Source: a virus
Length of the DNA: 64,000 nt
Reading direction: 5' to 3' (one strand)
IMG/VR virus record: IMGVR_UViG_3300035696_000019
Coordinates: 1 to 64,000 of that record
Part shown: positions 8,990-19,800 of the stretch, in pieces
Numbering within the stretch: the first letter of the stretch is position 1
Layout: the number at the start of each line of letters is the position of its first letter
Made by a program: the position numbers and the translations under genes
The notes under the pieces: generated by a model
Databases searched by the model: none
What the model saw: the letters and a program-made list of their open reading frames with translations, nothing else
What the model was told of the DNA's origin: nothing

Positions 8990-9823
8990 CTAGTAGCCCA
9001 TCGCTGTCCACGACAGCGTGCCGGTTGTTGGTTGTTGCGAGGCGTTGAGAATCTGCGCGGTGAAGCCTGTGGTGGACACACTCAGCACGTTGGGCGAGCC
9101 GATCGAGCCATTCATCAGCGTCAACGCCACGACAGGGTTGGTCTGAAAGGTGCGCGCGAAATTGACCGTGATGGTTCCGGCGTTCGAAATGGTCACGACG
9201 CCCTTGTCGAGCACATCCACTGCCTGCACGGTCAGACTCACATCGGCCAATTCAGCCAATGCGGAGGGCGAAGAGGTTATCGCCACCTTGAACAGCGCGT
9301 CCTGATAGGTGTAATCGCCCACCATATAGGGGACGAAATTACTGAATCCAGGCGGCGCGCCATTGGAGAGAAGCGTCTGGAAATCGCTCAACTGCATATC
9401 GACACTTGAGGCGATCAGGTCGGAAATCACCGCGTTGGCATGCTTACGATAGGCGTCATGCGTTTGCCAGCTCTCGTAAAGCATCTTGGTGTTCTGGAAT
9501 TGTGGGCCGTCCGGTGTCGCCCATGTCTCATCTGCGTTGACGGCATAGACGTTGTTGCAGGGCACATTGACGGTATTCCAATTGCTGCTGACCGCGCCCG
9601 CGTCCGTCCAACACATTGTGGCCTGCGCCCAGGTCTGAGCGGTAGGTGCCCACTTCTCGATGTGTAACTCTGCACACTTGAGCGTTTCGCCAATCGCCAA
9701 CGTAAAGGTGTTGATCGTGGGCGCGCTATTCCACGACTGGTTTTGCGCCAACGGGTCAGACCAGATGAAGTTGGCTTGACCCCAGGTGCCGGCGACGACA
9801 GAAGACGAAACGCTTGTGGTCAT
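8990..9823 (-). CDS. tail or fibre-associated structural protein
   Basis: Between gpJ and the fibre genes; C-terminal TVNFARTF...STTGFT...SWTAMGY H-lectin/gp53-like tail. Confidence 0.65.
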   Translation of the reverse strand: MTTSVSSSVVAGTWGQANFIWSDPLAQNQSWNSAPTINTFTLAIGETLKCAELHIEKWAPTAQTWAQATMCWTDAGAVSSNWNTVNVPCNNVYAVNADETWATPDGPQFQNTKMLYESWQTHDAYRKHANAVISDLIASSVDMQLSDFQTLLSNGAPPGFSNFVPYMVGDYTYQDALFKVAITSSPSALAELADVSLTVQAVDVLDKGVVTISNAGTITVNFARTFQTNPVVALTLMNGSIGSPNVLSVSTTGFTAQILNASQQPTTGTLSWTAMGY

Positions 9824-9826
9824 TGC

Positions 9827-10327
9827 TTAGGACATCGTGAAAGTGAACGTGACGGTGATGACATCGTTCGTCGCCTTGTTGATCGCCGGGAATACCACAC
9901 GATCCAAGAAAGTGCCGGAACCGGTCGCGCTGTTGTTGACCACGCCCGCCTCGGTGTAGGCATTGGCAGCCACGCCCGCGCCAAAGGTAGTGGTCAGCGT
10001 GAAGACTTGCGTGCCGGCGGTGTGTGCATAGGTTGAACTCTGACGCACGACTTCTGTCACCAATGCCGTCTGACTATTGGCTACGGCGGTCGTCCCAGTG
10101 CCGATGGCGATGTAGCCCATCGCGGTCTGGCCGCCTGCGCCGATACAGGCCGCGATGAAGTCGAAGCCGCCCGACAGGATCATATTGTCCTTGTGCAGCA
10201 CCGTGGCTTCGCCATTCTCTTTGCGATGCTCGATCGTCAGCGCGCCGTGCAGGTTGAAACCTTCGCTTGCGCGGTGCCGACGGAAATCGAATCGCCCCTT
10301 GAATAAGCGAGACAAAATGGATTTCAC
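9827..10327 (-). CDS. tail-associated structural protein
   Basis: YIAIGTGTTA...TEAGV...FPAINK pattern common in fibre-attachment proteins. Probable GTG start at 10327 after an AGGAG RBS. Confidence 0.65.
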   Translation of the reverse strand: MKSILSRLFKGRFDFRRHRASEGFNLHGALTIEHRKENGEATVLHKDNMILSGGFDFIAACIGAGGQTAMGYIAIGTGTTAVANSQTALVTEVVRQSSTYAHTAGTQVFTLTTTFGAGVAANAYTEAGVVNNSATGSGTFLDRVVFPAINKATNDVITVTFTFTMS

Positions 10328-10381
10328 GGAATTCTCCTGAGTGTTTGAGGAATGATAACTCACTGATGACTTATCTTCCAA

Positions 10382-13300
10382 TCAATAAAGTTGAATGCTT
10401 GAGAAAGCGCCCAATGGCGCCATCTGTGCCGAGTTCCATTGTGTATTGCTGCCGTCCCACTTGCCGACATACAGCTTGCGCGTCGTGCTGTTCTGCGCCA
10501 CGCTAATCAGGATGCTGTCCCCTGTCGCATAAGTGAAAGGCACATTGACGCGGTTGCCAAGCTGGTCTACCAGCGCAAATTCGCTGTTGGTCAGATCGTA
10601 AATGACCGACAGCGAATAACCGCTTCCCACCAGAGTGAAATAGGTGGCGTCAATCTGCTGCGACGGGCAAATCCACAGCGACATCGACATGGTGGCCGGC
10701 AGACCGATCGACCACGACACATACTGCGCGTCGGCCACCATCAAGCCTTGCGAGAAGCGCCCTGGCTGGTAGGTGATTGTGCCGCTAGTGGTGGCGATTA
10801 CATTGTTCAGACTGGTCAGGTTGCCGTTCATGCGCACGCCGTCAATCTGCGTGACGGGGTTGACGGCATTAATCGCGACGAACATCGACGCATTGGTTGA
10901 GCTATTACTGAGTGTGGGCGCCCACTGTTCTCCCACGGGGAGATTGCCCCAAGTGGAGTTGATATTCGCCCACGTCAGCGAGGTCGCCAATGTGGAGATG
11001 GCATTGACTGAGCATTGCAGGGTGTTTTGCGCGCGATAGGTAGTCCCCAGGTTGATCTCGAAGTCGTATTCGCTGGCAATGTTGGCGGCGGTAGACAGCA
11101 GTGCACCACCCGAAGCCTGAAGCGCGTGCAAAACGCCAGGGAAGTTTACTGCCGCCTGATCGGACGTATAAATCGTTGTTGTGTTGTTGGCCGCCACCAC
11201 GTTGACCGTGAGTGGCATGGGGTCGGCGCTGTAGATCCCCGGCATGTCGACCGCCTTGATCCACACGGTCAACGTTTGCGAGGCGCCCGCCGGCATGGTG
11301 TAGTTGGTGGTGTTCACTTGCGCGATGAACTGGCCCGTCGCCCATGAGGCGCCACTTCGCAACTCATAGCCCATCAGCGTCGATTCGGGGTTGGCCGACC
11401 ATGAGAAATTCAGCGTATTGCCCGACTGGATGTAGGCAAAATTCTGCACATCCTGCGGCACCGGGATCACGCATGTCGCCGTGGTCACATCGGCGCTGTA
11501 ATACCCTTCCAGGTTGATGGCGCGCACCATGTAGTAATAGGTGCCCGCCGCAGCGATGGTTGGATCAGTGAAGGATGTGCCGGAAAAGCCGGTCGTCAGA
11601 ACAGTGCTCGCACCCCAACTCGTGCCGCGTCGCACTTCATAGCCCGCCAAATCAAAGTCGGTATTATCCGCCCAAGTCAACAAGATGCCGTTTGGTGTAG
11701 TCGAACAGGTCAGCCCGGTCACGTCGGCGGGCGGCGTGGTCTTGACGGCGACCGCGCAATTAACGGTGCTGGTGGCGCTGTTGACGCCCAGAGGATTGGT
11801 GGAATAGACGCTGACTTCGTAGGCTCCAGGCGTGAGTCCGGTGATGTCGCACGAAGGCGAGGTGGTATTGATGGTTGTCCAGTTGGTTGTAACGGAGCCA
11901 GCCATCCGATAGGACACGGTGAATTGCGAGCAATTACTCGACCACGACACATGCATCTTGTAACCCAGATGCCCCACCGATGCCAGATAGGTCGAAGAAA
12001 TCGCCTGCAACTCGCTGACCGCCGACACGAAGTTGGGCGAGAGCACCGTGGTATTGGGCTGCACCAGTGTGTAGCCCTCTTCGATGTATCCGTATTTGCT
12101 CTGATTACTCTGCACGGCCACGATGGTGAACTGGTCGGCCTTGGTCGATTTCTGCTTGATGCTGACGACGCGCGCCAGCATTGGCTCCAGATCGGCTTCC
12201 ATCACCAGCCAGACCGTGTTTGGCATTGGTGTCTGCGTCAGTGCCCCGTAGCCCACCCACGACACGTTGCTCCACGTTCCTACGCCTTGGTCGAGTGTCA
12301 CGTCGGCATAGCTGCCGTCCGGCTGACGAATCGACAGGGTGGCCGGCACTTGCGTGATGGTGACGGGCGCGTCCAGCGCGGCGGAGGTGGTGGTGGCGCT
12401 GGTGATGCGACCGCCCATCCGCCGACCAGCACGATTCTCATCATGAATCCAGACCAATTCGCCCGGCAGCACCATTGCCGCTTCGATCCCCACGTCAAAC
12501 GTGATGGCGTCCGTCTCGTATTGCTCGGTGTAGAGAATCCATTGCCCGACGCGATGTGCCTGACCTCGACTGGTAGTGCCGAATGCCACGACATCTAGCT
12601 GGCGCACGCCGAATTGCTGGATCAGGGTGCGGTTTTCTACATATTCGATCTGCTGTTTGTAGTTTTGCGCCGGATCATTCCACGTCACATTAACGACGCT
12701 GTGGCGATCCTTGCGCGCAGTGCTGGTATAGGCGAACAGCCCATCGACGACGTTCGCCTGACTGAAAATGAACGATGCCGAGCCTGGTGCATCCTGCATG
12801 AAACTGACCGAGTTGCCATTCCAGAACGCCATGCCGCGAAATACTGAGCAGATGTCGCTGATGACCTTGTAGGCTTCGGCGCGCGACTGGATGGCAGTAT
12901 TGATTTGGAAGCGCGGTTCGGTGCCGCCGAACCCGTCGGGCACCATGCCGTCGCAGTATTGGCCGATGGCATAGAGTGTCGCGACATCGATCTGTGACGC
13001 CGATAGATATTGCCCCAATCCATAACGTGAGTTGGTCAACAGGTCATACAGCACCCAGGCGGGATTGGACGACGCCCCAGTGGTGAAGGCGCCATTCCAG
13101 ACACCGGTATACTGGCGCGTGGTCGGGTTGTAATTCGATGGAATCTGAATCACCAGACCATACACGTCATAGGAACGCGTCGGGATCGAATTGAATTGCG
13201 CGGCGTTGATGCGCACCCCTACCAGTGCCGAGTTGGGGTAGGACAACTGCTGACTGATGATCTCGTAATAGGAGTTGAGCCAGGTGTCGTTGCAGACGAA

Positions 13301-14398
13301 GCTGCTGGCCGAGTCGGCAGTCAGACGCACCATGCGGATCATACAGTTGGCGCCTGGCGTGATGGGGATCAGGTATTGCGCCTGATAGGTGGAACTGCTC
13401 TTGCCACTGATGGTCAGTGTCGAAGTGGCATCGACAAAAGCCCCGCCATTGGTGGAAAGCTGAAACTTGAACTGAACTGTGCCGCCCGAAATGTCGCCCG
13501 AGTTGGAGTCGGTCGTCGTCAGACTTGGAAGTGATACCACCATACGCACCGTGTCGGCTTCCGGGTTCTGCACCGTCAGCGTATAAGGCATCGCGTATTT
13601 GATTTGGACGTTTACATCAAAGGGCGTCTCCACGTCAGAGAAGCCACCCATCGGTGTTTGCCCCTGCGAGCCATTGCGTGAGGCCCAGGTGATACCGTTG
13701 GTGTTGTAACTACCATTCGAGTTGGTGCCAAAGAAGTTGTAGCTGCCATCCGAATTCTGGAATGGCGTGTCGTTGAAATAGATCGACTGCCCGCCGTTGA
13801 CCAGCCCGCCGATCTGCCCCTCGCCAAGCAGGTCGAGCAGCGTGATCATGGCGTTCGATTGCAGGCTGTCGGGCGCTTCCGTGGCGCCCCCATTCCCCTT
13901 CCCGCCGCCACCCGCGCCCGACACAACCGGATAGCGGTCGCGGTGGCCGCCGTTATGCACACGGATGCCGTCGGCGATAAAGGTGTGGTAAGTTTCGACG
14001 GTCAGATTCCACACCGGTTCGTAGCCAATCAGCTCTGCGCCAATAATCGGGCGCAAATGCCCCATGCCGTCGATCAGCGCGTCGTGAGGCGTCAGGCGTC
14101 CCATTTCCGCAAAATTTTCGTATTGATTCAGCACCCAATGATTCGGGGTGATGCCCTGCATTTCTCCGCGCCAGTATTTGACGCACAAGAGCGGCTGCGG
14201 ATCGGCGTGGTAATGCACGGCGGCGACTTTCGCAACATGCAGAAAGCCCTCCTCGTCAAACGCCATCACCTCGTCGCCCGTCTTGAGCAATTCGATGGCG
14301 ATGGTTTTGCCGTGCTGTAGTTGGATTTGCGTGCCTGCACGGAAGCAGCCGCCACCACCGCCAGCGCCAGAGATGGCAATCAGATCGTCACGTTTCAT
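10382..14398 (-). CDS. tail tip / host specificity protein J with N-terminal Hint domain
   Basis: EAPDSLQS, LLGEGQIGGL, YPNSALVG, SNPAWVLYDLLT, EPRF and FN3 repeats, all lambda gpJ-like. Confidence 0.93.
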   Translation of the reverse strand: MKRDDLIAISGAGGGGGCFRAGTQIQLQHGKTIAIELLKTGDEVMAFDEEGFLHVAKVAAVHYHADPQPLLCVKYWRGEMQGITPNHWVLNQYENFAEMGRLTPHDALIDGMGHLRPIIGAELIGYEPVWNLTVETYHTFIADGIRVHNGGHRDRYPVVSGAGGGGKGNGGATEAPDSLQSNAMITLLDLLGEGQIGGLVNGGQSIYFNDTPFQNSDGSYNFFGTNSNGSYNTNGITWASRNGSQGQTPMGGFSDVETPFDVNVQIKYAMPYTLTVQNPEADTVRMVVSLPSLTTTDSNSGDISGGTVQFKFQLSTNGGAFVDATSTLTISGKSSSTYQAQYLIPITPGANCMIRMVRLTADSASSFVCNDTWLNSYYEIISQQLSYPNSALVGVRINAAQFNSIPTRSYDVYGLVIQIPSNYNPTTRQYTGVWNGAFTTGASSNPAWVLYDLLTNSRYGLGQYLSASQIDVATLYAIGQYCDGMVPDGFGGTEPRFQINTAIQSRAEAYKVISDICSVFRGMAFWNGNSVSFMQDAPGSASFIFSQANVVDGLFAYTSTARKDRHSVVNVTWNDPAQNYKQQIEYVENRTLIQQFGVRQLDVVAFGTTSRGQAHRVGQWILYTEQYETDAITFDVGIEAAMVLPGELVWIHDENRAGRRMGGRITSATTTSAALDAPVTITQVPATLSIRQPDGSYADVTLDQGVGTWSNVSWVGYGALTQTPMPNTVWLVMEADLEPMLARVVSIKQKSTKADQFTIVAVQSNQSKYGYIEEGYTLVQPNTTVLSPNFVSAVSELQAISSTYLASVGHLGYKMHVSWSSNCSQFTVSYRMAGSVTTNWTTINTTSPSCDITGLTPGAYEVSVYSTNPLGVNSATSTVNCAVAVKTTPPADVTGLTCSTTPNGILLTWADNTDFDLAGYEVRRGTSWGASTVLTTGFSGTSFTDPTIAAAGTYYYMVRAINLEGYYSADVTTATCVIPVPQDVQNFAYIQSGNTLNFSWSANPESTLMGYELRSGASWATGQFIAQVNTTNYTMPAGASQTLTVWIKAVDMPGIYSADPMPLTVNVVAANNTTTIYTSDQAAVNFPGVLHALQASGGALLSTAANIASEYDFEINLGTTYRAQNTLQCSVNAISTLATSLTWANINSTWGNLPVGEQWAPTLSNSSTNASMFVAINAVNPVTQIDGVRMNGNLTSLNNVIATTSGTITYQPGRFSQGLMVADAQYVSWSIGLPATMSMSLWICPSQQIDATYFTLVGSGYSLSVIYDLTNSEFALVDQLGNRVNVPFTYATGDSILISVAQNSTTRKLYVGKWDGSNTQWNSAQMAPLGAFSSIQLY
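13952..14347 (-). other. Hint domain (BIL-like, 132 aa) in gpJ
   Basis: CFRAGTQI...ITPNHWV...VWNLTVETYHTFIADGIRVHN, followed by Gly. Confidence 0.88.
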
Positions 14399-15000
14399 AG
14401 CGCGTTCTCGGGTGCGGTGTTGGCGGCCAACTGGTCGATGCTGATGCTGGCGGAAATGAGGTGCGAACCGACACGACAGCGCCCGTAGATAAGCTGAACC
14501 GGTGCGCCCTGGCCCGTGGTATTCACCGCGCCGTTGAAGTAGTAGGAGCCGTATTGCGTGCCGTTGTTATTGTTGGGCTGTGGAGCTAGCATCTGCACAA
14601 TGCCGCCTACCATCAATGCCACGCCGAGTTGAGCAACCCCGACGTTATCTGTGAGATAGCCAGCCACCACCAATGCCGTGCCAACAAGGATCTTCGAAGC
14701 CGCCCCTGATGCGCCTTCAATGATAGGTTCGAAGCGCATGACGGCTGGCTTGCGCTCCATGATGAGCGTTTCCTCCGATACCTCTTCGACGTAGCCGGTG
14801 TCGTATTCGCAGACGATGTGATACTTGCTGTAGGTCTTGAGGTTGTCGCGAATCCAGCGGATCAATTGATTGCCAGACAGGTTCACGTTGATCAGCTTCA
14901 GCGCGCCAAGTGGCGAGTTGACGCACAGTTCCCACTCGCGCCCGAACTTCTCGCCCATCACACCGTCAAGAATGACGCGGGTCAGTTTTTGGTCGCTCAC
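14395..15000 (-). CDS. tail assembly protein I-like
   Basis: LDGVMGEKFGREW...SYYFNGAVNTTGQGAPVQLIYGR. Confidence 0.88.
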   Translation of the reverse strand: MSDQKLTRVILDGVMGEKFGREWELCVNSPLGALKLINVNLSGNQLIRWIRDNLKTYSKYHIVCEYDTGYVEEVSEETLIMERKPAVMRFEPIIEGASGAASKILVGTALVVAGYLTDNVGVAQLGVALMVGGIVQMLAPQPNNNNGTQYGSYYFNGAVNTTGQGAPVQLIYGRCRVGSHLISASISIDQLAANTAPENAL

Positions 15001-15767
15001 ATCAGCTCCCGGTGTCGAAGATGATGCGTGGTGTGCTTGAGCCAGTAACTACCGCCATACACGTCAAAACGCGACAGCCGACCATGCGGGTGGTGCAAGA
15101 AGCGGTCGTTTCCGACATAAACGCCGATGTGGTTGGGGATACTGCCGTAGGTCTGGATCAGGAAGATATCGCCCGGCTTGGGTTCGACATTGATCAGTTG
15201 CTCAAAGCCCGTTTCGGAGAAGTTGTCTACGAAGAAGTTGTGACCCTTCTCCCAGAACTCGGGGATGCGCAGGTCGCCATGCGTCAGTAGTTCGATGGCG
15301 TATTCGCGTCGGTAGTAATCGCAAATCAGCGCATAGCAGTCGAGCATCCCCCACACGTAGGGGCGCCCAACATAGGGCTGTTCCTCGTCGCGCGGTTGCA
15401 CAATGGTGGGCGGCAAGACGACGTTCAGCGATCCATCTTCCTGGCGGTAGACGCTGACGATATACCACGGCACACTGCCCGCATTGCACGCTGCTCGATC
15501 TTCCGGCGAGGGTCTTGCGGCGCATTCGGTGTGAGAGTGCCAGACGGCCAAAATGGGGCCGTCTAGCTTGGCGGCTTCATATTCGCCGCGACCAATCGAA
15601 AAGAAATCGCGTGGCCTCTCGTGGATGTTTTCGCAGGGAATGAACCGCGCACGCTTGTGCGCGCCAACGATCAATCCGCACGCCTCTTGCGGATAGCGAC
15701 GTTTAGCCTCCACAACCATGGCGTCGCGCAACGCATCATGAAGCTCAACTATTACCGTTGATGTCAT
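14997..15767 (-). CDS. tail assembly protein K-like (JAB plus NlpC/P60)
   Basis: EACG, WHSH...PSPED (JAB); DCY...NHIGVY..FLHH (NlpC/P60). Start at MTSTVI. Confidence 0.9.
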   Translation of the reverse strand: MTSTVIVELHDALRDAMVVEAKRRYPQEACGLIVGAHKRARFIPCENIHERPRDFFSIGRGEYEAAKLDGPILAVWHSHTECAARPSPEDRAACNAGSVPWYIVSVYRQEDGSLNVVLPPTIVQPRDEEQPYVGRPYVWGMLDCYALICDYYRREYAIELLTHGDLRIPEFWEKGHNFFVDNFSETGFEQLINVEPKPGDIFLIQTYGSIPNHIGVYVGNDRFLHHPHGRLSRFDVYGGSYWLKHTTHHLRHRELM

Positions 15768-16455
15768 ATTGGACTGCTCCGGGGAAACCGCCATAAGGCA
15801 AAGGATTGCCCGCGCCGAAACGGCACTTGCAGGAAGAGAGTTTCTTGCCGCACACGTCGAGCGCAGCCGTGGCAACGGGGTTATCGTTGATGTCGAAATA
15901 CTTGGCGCCGGTGTAGCTGCATTGCGGGCCGCCATAGACCCAGGTGCATGAGTTCTGAACGACCTGGCGGTAAGGCAACATCACGCCGTTCACGTCGAAT
16001 ACCGAGGACAGGCTGAAATCGACTTGGTATTTGTTCTCTTTGACTTTCTGCTCAACGAACCACACGTCGTCGGGGTAGTATTGAGAGGGGTCGGCGGTAG
16101 GATTACCGTTGGGGAAGTTCACTGCATCCAGAAAGCGTGCGTGTGTGCGCTTGCGCGTCACCTTGGCGCCTGTCAGATTGTTGAACAGCATCAATTCTGC
16201 CGAAATCAGCCCACCGATGTTGGCAACGCTTATCTTTGGCTGTGGCAGCACACCCTTGCTACTCATCTCGAAGCCGGAGGCTTCGATTGGCATTGGCGCA
16301 TAGGTCTTCCCCTGCCAGACGATGTTGGTGCCAACCTGCGACATGCCGGAATGAAAGTAAAAGATCGAGCCGCCTAGCACGGTCAGGTCAAGCACGAACA
16401 ACTCGATCAACGCGGTGGGCGCAAGAAGCTGGATTTCGCTGGCAAGCGTGGTCAT
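15745..16455 (-). CDS. minor tail protein L
   Basis: IELFVLD, RTHARFLDAVNF and a C-terminal Cys cluster (CTW...C...DVCGKKLSSCKCRF...GGFPG). Confidence 0.92.
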   Translation of the reverse strand: MTTLASEIQLLAPTALIELFVLDLTVLGGSIFYFHSGMSQVGTNIVWQGKTYAPMPIEASGFEMSSKGVLPQPKISVANIGGLISAELMLFNNLTGAKVTRKRTHARFLDAVNFPNGNPTADPSQYYPDDVWFVEQKVKENKYQVDFSLSSVFDVNGVMLPYRQVVQNSCTWVYGGPQCSYTGAKYFDINDNPVATAALDVCGKKLSSCKCRFGAGNPLPYGGFPGAVQYDINGNS

Positions 16456-16456
16456 G

Positions 16457-16801
16457 TCAGCACGGCGCCTCGAACACTTGTTCGAAGTCGAAGTTCATGA
16501 GTGTCAAGCCGCCCTTGTAGGTTGCACGCCATTTGCGGCACACATACAGGTTGGTATTGCCCTCGACCGGGTCAGTCCAGTAGAACGACTGCACGCCGCC
16601 CGCGTTCTGCACGAACGTCAGAATGGCCGCCATCGTCGGGTTGTCCATTGAGAATTGCAGCGTCCACTGTTGGGGGTTGCTATTCAGGCCGTTTGATGTG
16701 CGCGTCTCGTAACCGTCGCCGAACTTGACGACGGTGACTTTGGGCGTTTGATTAAGCTGCGGTTCGCGGTCGGGAACCCAGGTGAAAGTCTGTGTAGCCA
16801 T
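16457..16801 (-). CDS. distal tail protein M
   Basis: VKFGDGYETR...GLN...SFYWTDP...FEQVFE. Confidence 0.9.
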   Translation of the reverse strand: MATQTFTWVPDREPQLNQTPKVTVVKFGDGYETRTSNGLNSNPQQWTLQFSMDNPTMAAILTFVQNAGGVQSFYWTDPVEGNTNLYVCRKWRATYKGGLTLMNFDFEQVFEAPC

Positions 16802-16870
16802 GAGACGACCAGTGACTTAAGATCGGATGATTTTAAGTCACTGGTGACTTACTTGCAAGGCGCATTGACT

Positions 16871-19800
16871 TCATTGGTTATGCAGCAGACCGCCCGGTCG
16901 TTGCTGGTTCATGATTTCCCCCTGAACCATCTGACTCAGGCGTTGCGCCAAGTCGCTCCAGCCTTTGCTCTGATCTGGCGCGGAAGAGTTGGCGTCCGTC
17001 GTTGTCTGGCCGCTGTTGGTGACGTTGACGTTGACGTAGTTTTGCGTGTGACTACTGCCGCTGTCCGACCCGCCAGTGGCTTTCATCGTGACGGGAATAC
17101 TGCGACCATCCGGCAGTGGCACATAGGCTTCGGGGGATGAGCCTTCGCCAAAAATGGCCATTTGCGGCGAATTGGCGACGCCACCACCAGAATACATTTT
17201 CAGCGGCATCGACCCCATGTCAGTCATGATGCCGCCGTTGGCGAACGCAAACGCTCCGCCCGCGCTATGTGCGGTTTGTGTTGCGGAAATTTGCCACAAT
17301 GCACTGGCGGCAGAATCGGCTGCGGTGGCTAATACCTGCATGGCGGTCGCGGCGGTTACTTCGGCGGGCTGCGACATTTCCATGCCAAACATCGTCCTGA
17401 TCTTATCCATCAGCGTGCCACTCTCGGTGGCCGCTGTGTGAGCAAGCAGCGCGGCTGCACTGGCTTGAGTGTTGTTAGTGAGCGCCGCTGTGCTGGCGGC
17501 CAATTTTTGGTTGTCGCTATCCTGCGCGCCGCCGCTCGACGACTTGCCGCCCAATAGACCGCCAAACAATCCCGCCGCACCGTTCAGGTTATTGGTCAGC
17601 GTGGTGCCCAGGCTGCCAAAGGCCGACGTGACAACATTGCTCAACGCCTTCTGGATGGCGATGTTGCCAATATCCTGCACCATGCCTGCCAGCGCCTTCT
17701 TCCAGTTGACCTTACCACCCTCCAGCGCTCTCTCGGTGTAGCTCATGAAGTTCTTGGCCCAACTGGCCGACGCTGAGTTCATCTGTTCGGTGATGTCCTG
17801 CCACTGGTCGCCCATCTTTTCCAGTTGCGTTTTGGTCTGGTTAGCGTAGCTCTGCTGAATGGCCGCCGATTCGACTTCGTGTCCCTTTTTGGCATCGGCC
17901 AATTGCGTCTGATAGTTCTTGTAGGCGGCGGAAGCCTTATCCAGACCGGCAGCATACTGGTTCAACAAGTCGATTTGCGTCTGATACCGCTGATTCTCTT
18001 CATCCAGGCGGGTCGCAAGGTCAGCATCGGCGCGATCATGCCCCGACAGCGACCCCTCGTTGGCCTTCTTCAAGTCCTGCTGCGCCTTGATATTGAACGC
18101 GTGCGAATCCGTCATCGTCTGGTTCAGCAACGCCTGCTGTTTGTTCTGCTGGTAGTCGGCCAGCGCGGCGCCGGCCCCTTTGGTGCTCGCTTCCAGTTCG
18201 GCAAAGTGACGTGTCAACTCTTGAAGCGCCTTCGAACCCTTGCCGCTGCCATCAACGGTTCGCGTCATTTCCTCGTTGTATTTGGCTTGCGTTTCAGCCA
18301 ATTGCTTGTTGGTATCCTCAAGCAATTCGGCCTCGCTGATATCCTTCTGTGTATTAGCGGTCGCGCTGATCTTTTGCTTGATCTGGCTGCCCTGCTCTTG
18401 CGTCAGCTTTTGCGCTTTAACCAGACTGTCGATGAAAGCGTCGGCGTTGGCCTTGCCCTCCTTGATCTGTGCGGAGAACTGCGTGATCCAGCTCAGGCGC
18501 TCACTCTGGCTGCCACCCACGACGTTCTTGACCTTCTTGCCATCTTTGCCTTCGCTCGTGGTGTCCAGTTCGCCCTTTGCGATGCGGCCCAATACATCAA
18601 GCGTCGCCTTGTCGTTGATCGAGGCGAGCCTGTCAACATTGCCCCGAGCAGCGGCTAGCCTTACCGACGCGTCAGCCTGTTGTGTTTCAAGTTCGGCGGC
18701 CAGGCGATTCCAGGGATCTTCGCGCTCAACGCCGCCAGCGCCTTTCTTTTTCTTGTCCGCCTGCACCAGCGTCGGGGCAACATTGTTGACGCCCTTGTTG
18801 ATCTGAGCTAGTCGGTTGACGTATTCCTGTTGCGCGTCACCCAGTGCCTTGCTTTGCGCGCGCAAGTCGGCGGCGTGCTGAGAATTTTGATCCTTCTCTT
18901 TCTTTTGCAGTGCGGCGATGGCGTCGAGGTTCTTCTGGAGAAAGTCGATATGCGCCTGTGTCTCCTTTGCGTCCAGTGCGTTGAGCGTGGGGTTTTGCTT
19001 ACCTTTGGCAATATCCCCCTTGCTCAACGAGGCAAGATAGGCGTTGCGCTGCTGAGTGAACTTGTCCTGCATGGGCGCCCACTGCGCATCCAGCAGACGC
19101 AATTGACCGTCGGCGGAGTCGTTGGCGTTTTGTTGTGTGAGCAATGTCTTTTGATCACCCAGAGTTTTGGCGGCCTCGGCGAGATCGGCTTTAGCGCGTC
19201 TGAGTTGCTCCTCGTATTTGTCGTTATACGTTTCCAGGTGTGAGGCAGGCGCTCTGCCGCCCGCCCCAGTGGAAATCTCGCGCGATCCCGCCTTTTTGAA
19301 AGCTTCCAGGTCGGCGATCTGCTTTTGCAACTCGGCCACGCGGCCCTGACCGTTGTTTACATCCTCTTCTGACGACACGCCTCGCGCAGCGCGTTTAGCG
19401 CGCGCACTAGCCTCTGCCGCCTTGTCCGCCTCGCTGCTGTAATTACTCCACGCCAGTCCCGCGACGCCAATGATCCCGATCAAAATATTCATCGGGTCGA
19501 TCAGCATCGCAATCGCGCTATCCAGCACACCGGTTGCGATGGCTGCGGCGCGCTCTGCCGCCGTCATTTCGACCGCTGCGGTGTCCAACTCTTGCAAAGT
19601 CACAATGGCGCCCGCTGCGGCCTCATTGCTTGCCAGCAATGCCATCTGTTCCTCATTGAGCGCAATCGTTTCCGCTCGCACCGTCGTCGCAGACTCCGCG
19701 ATCACCGCGTTTTGCTTCTGACGCATGGCGATGTTGGCTTCCATCTCGGCGGTTTCCGCCTTGGATAGTTCCAGCGCATAGCGTTTTTCCGCCGCTTCAG

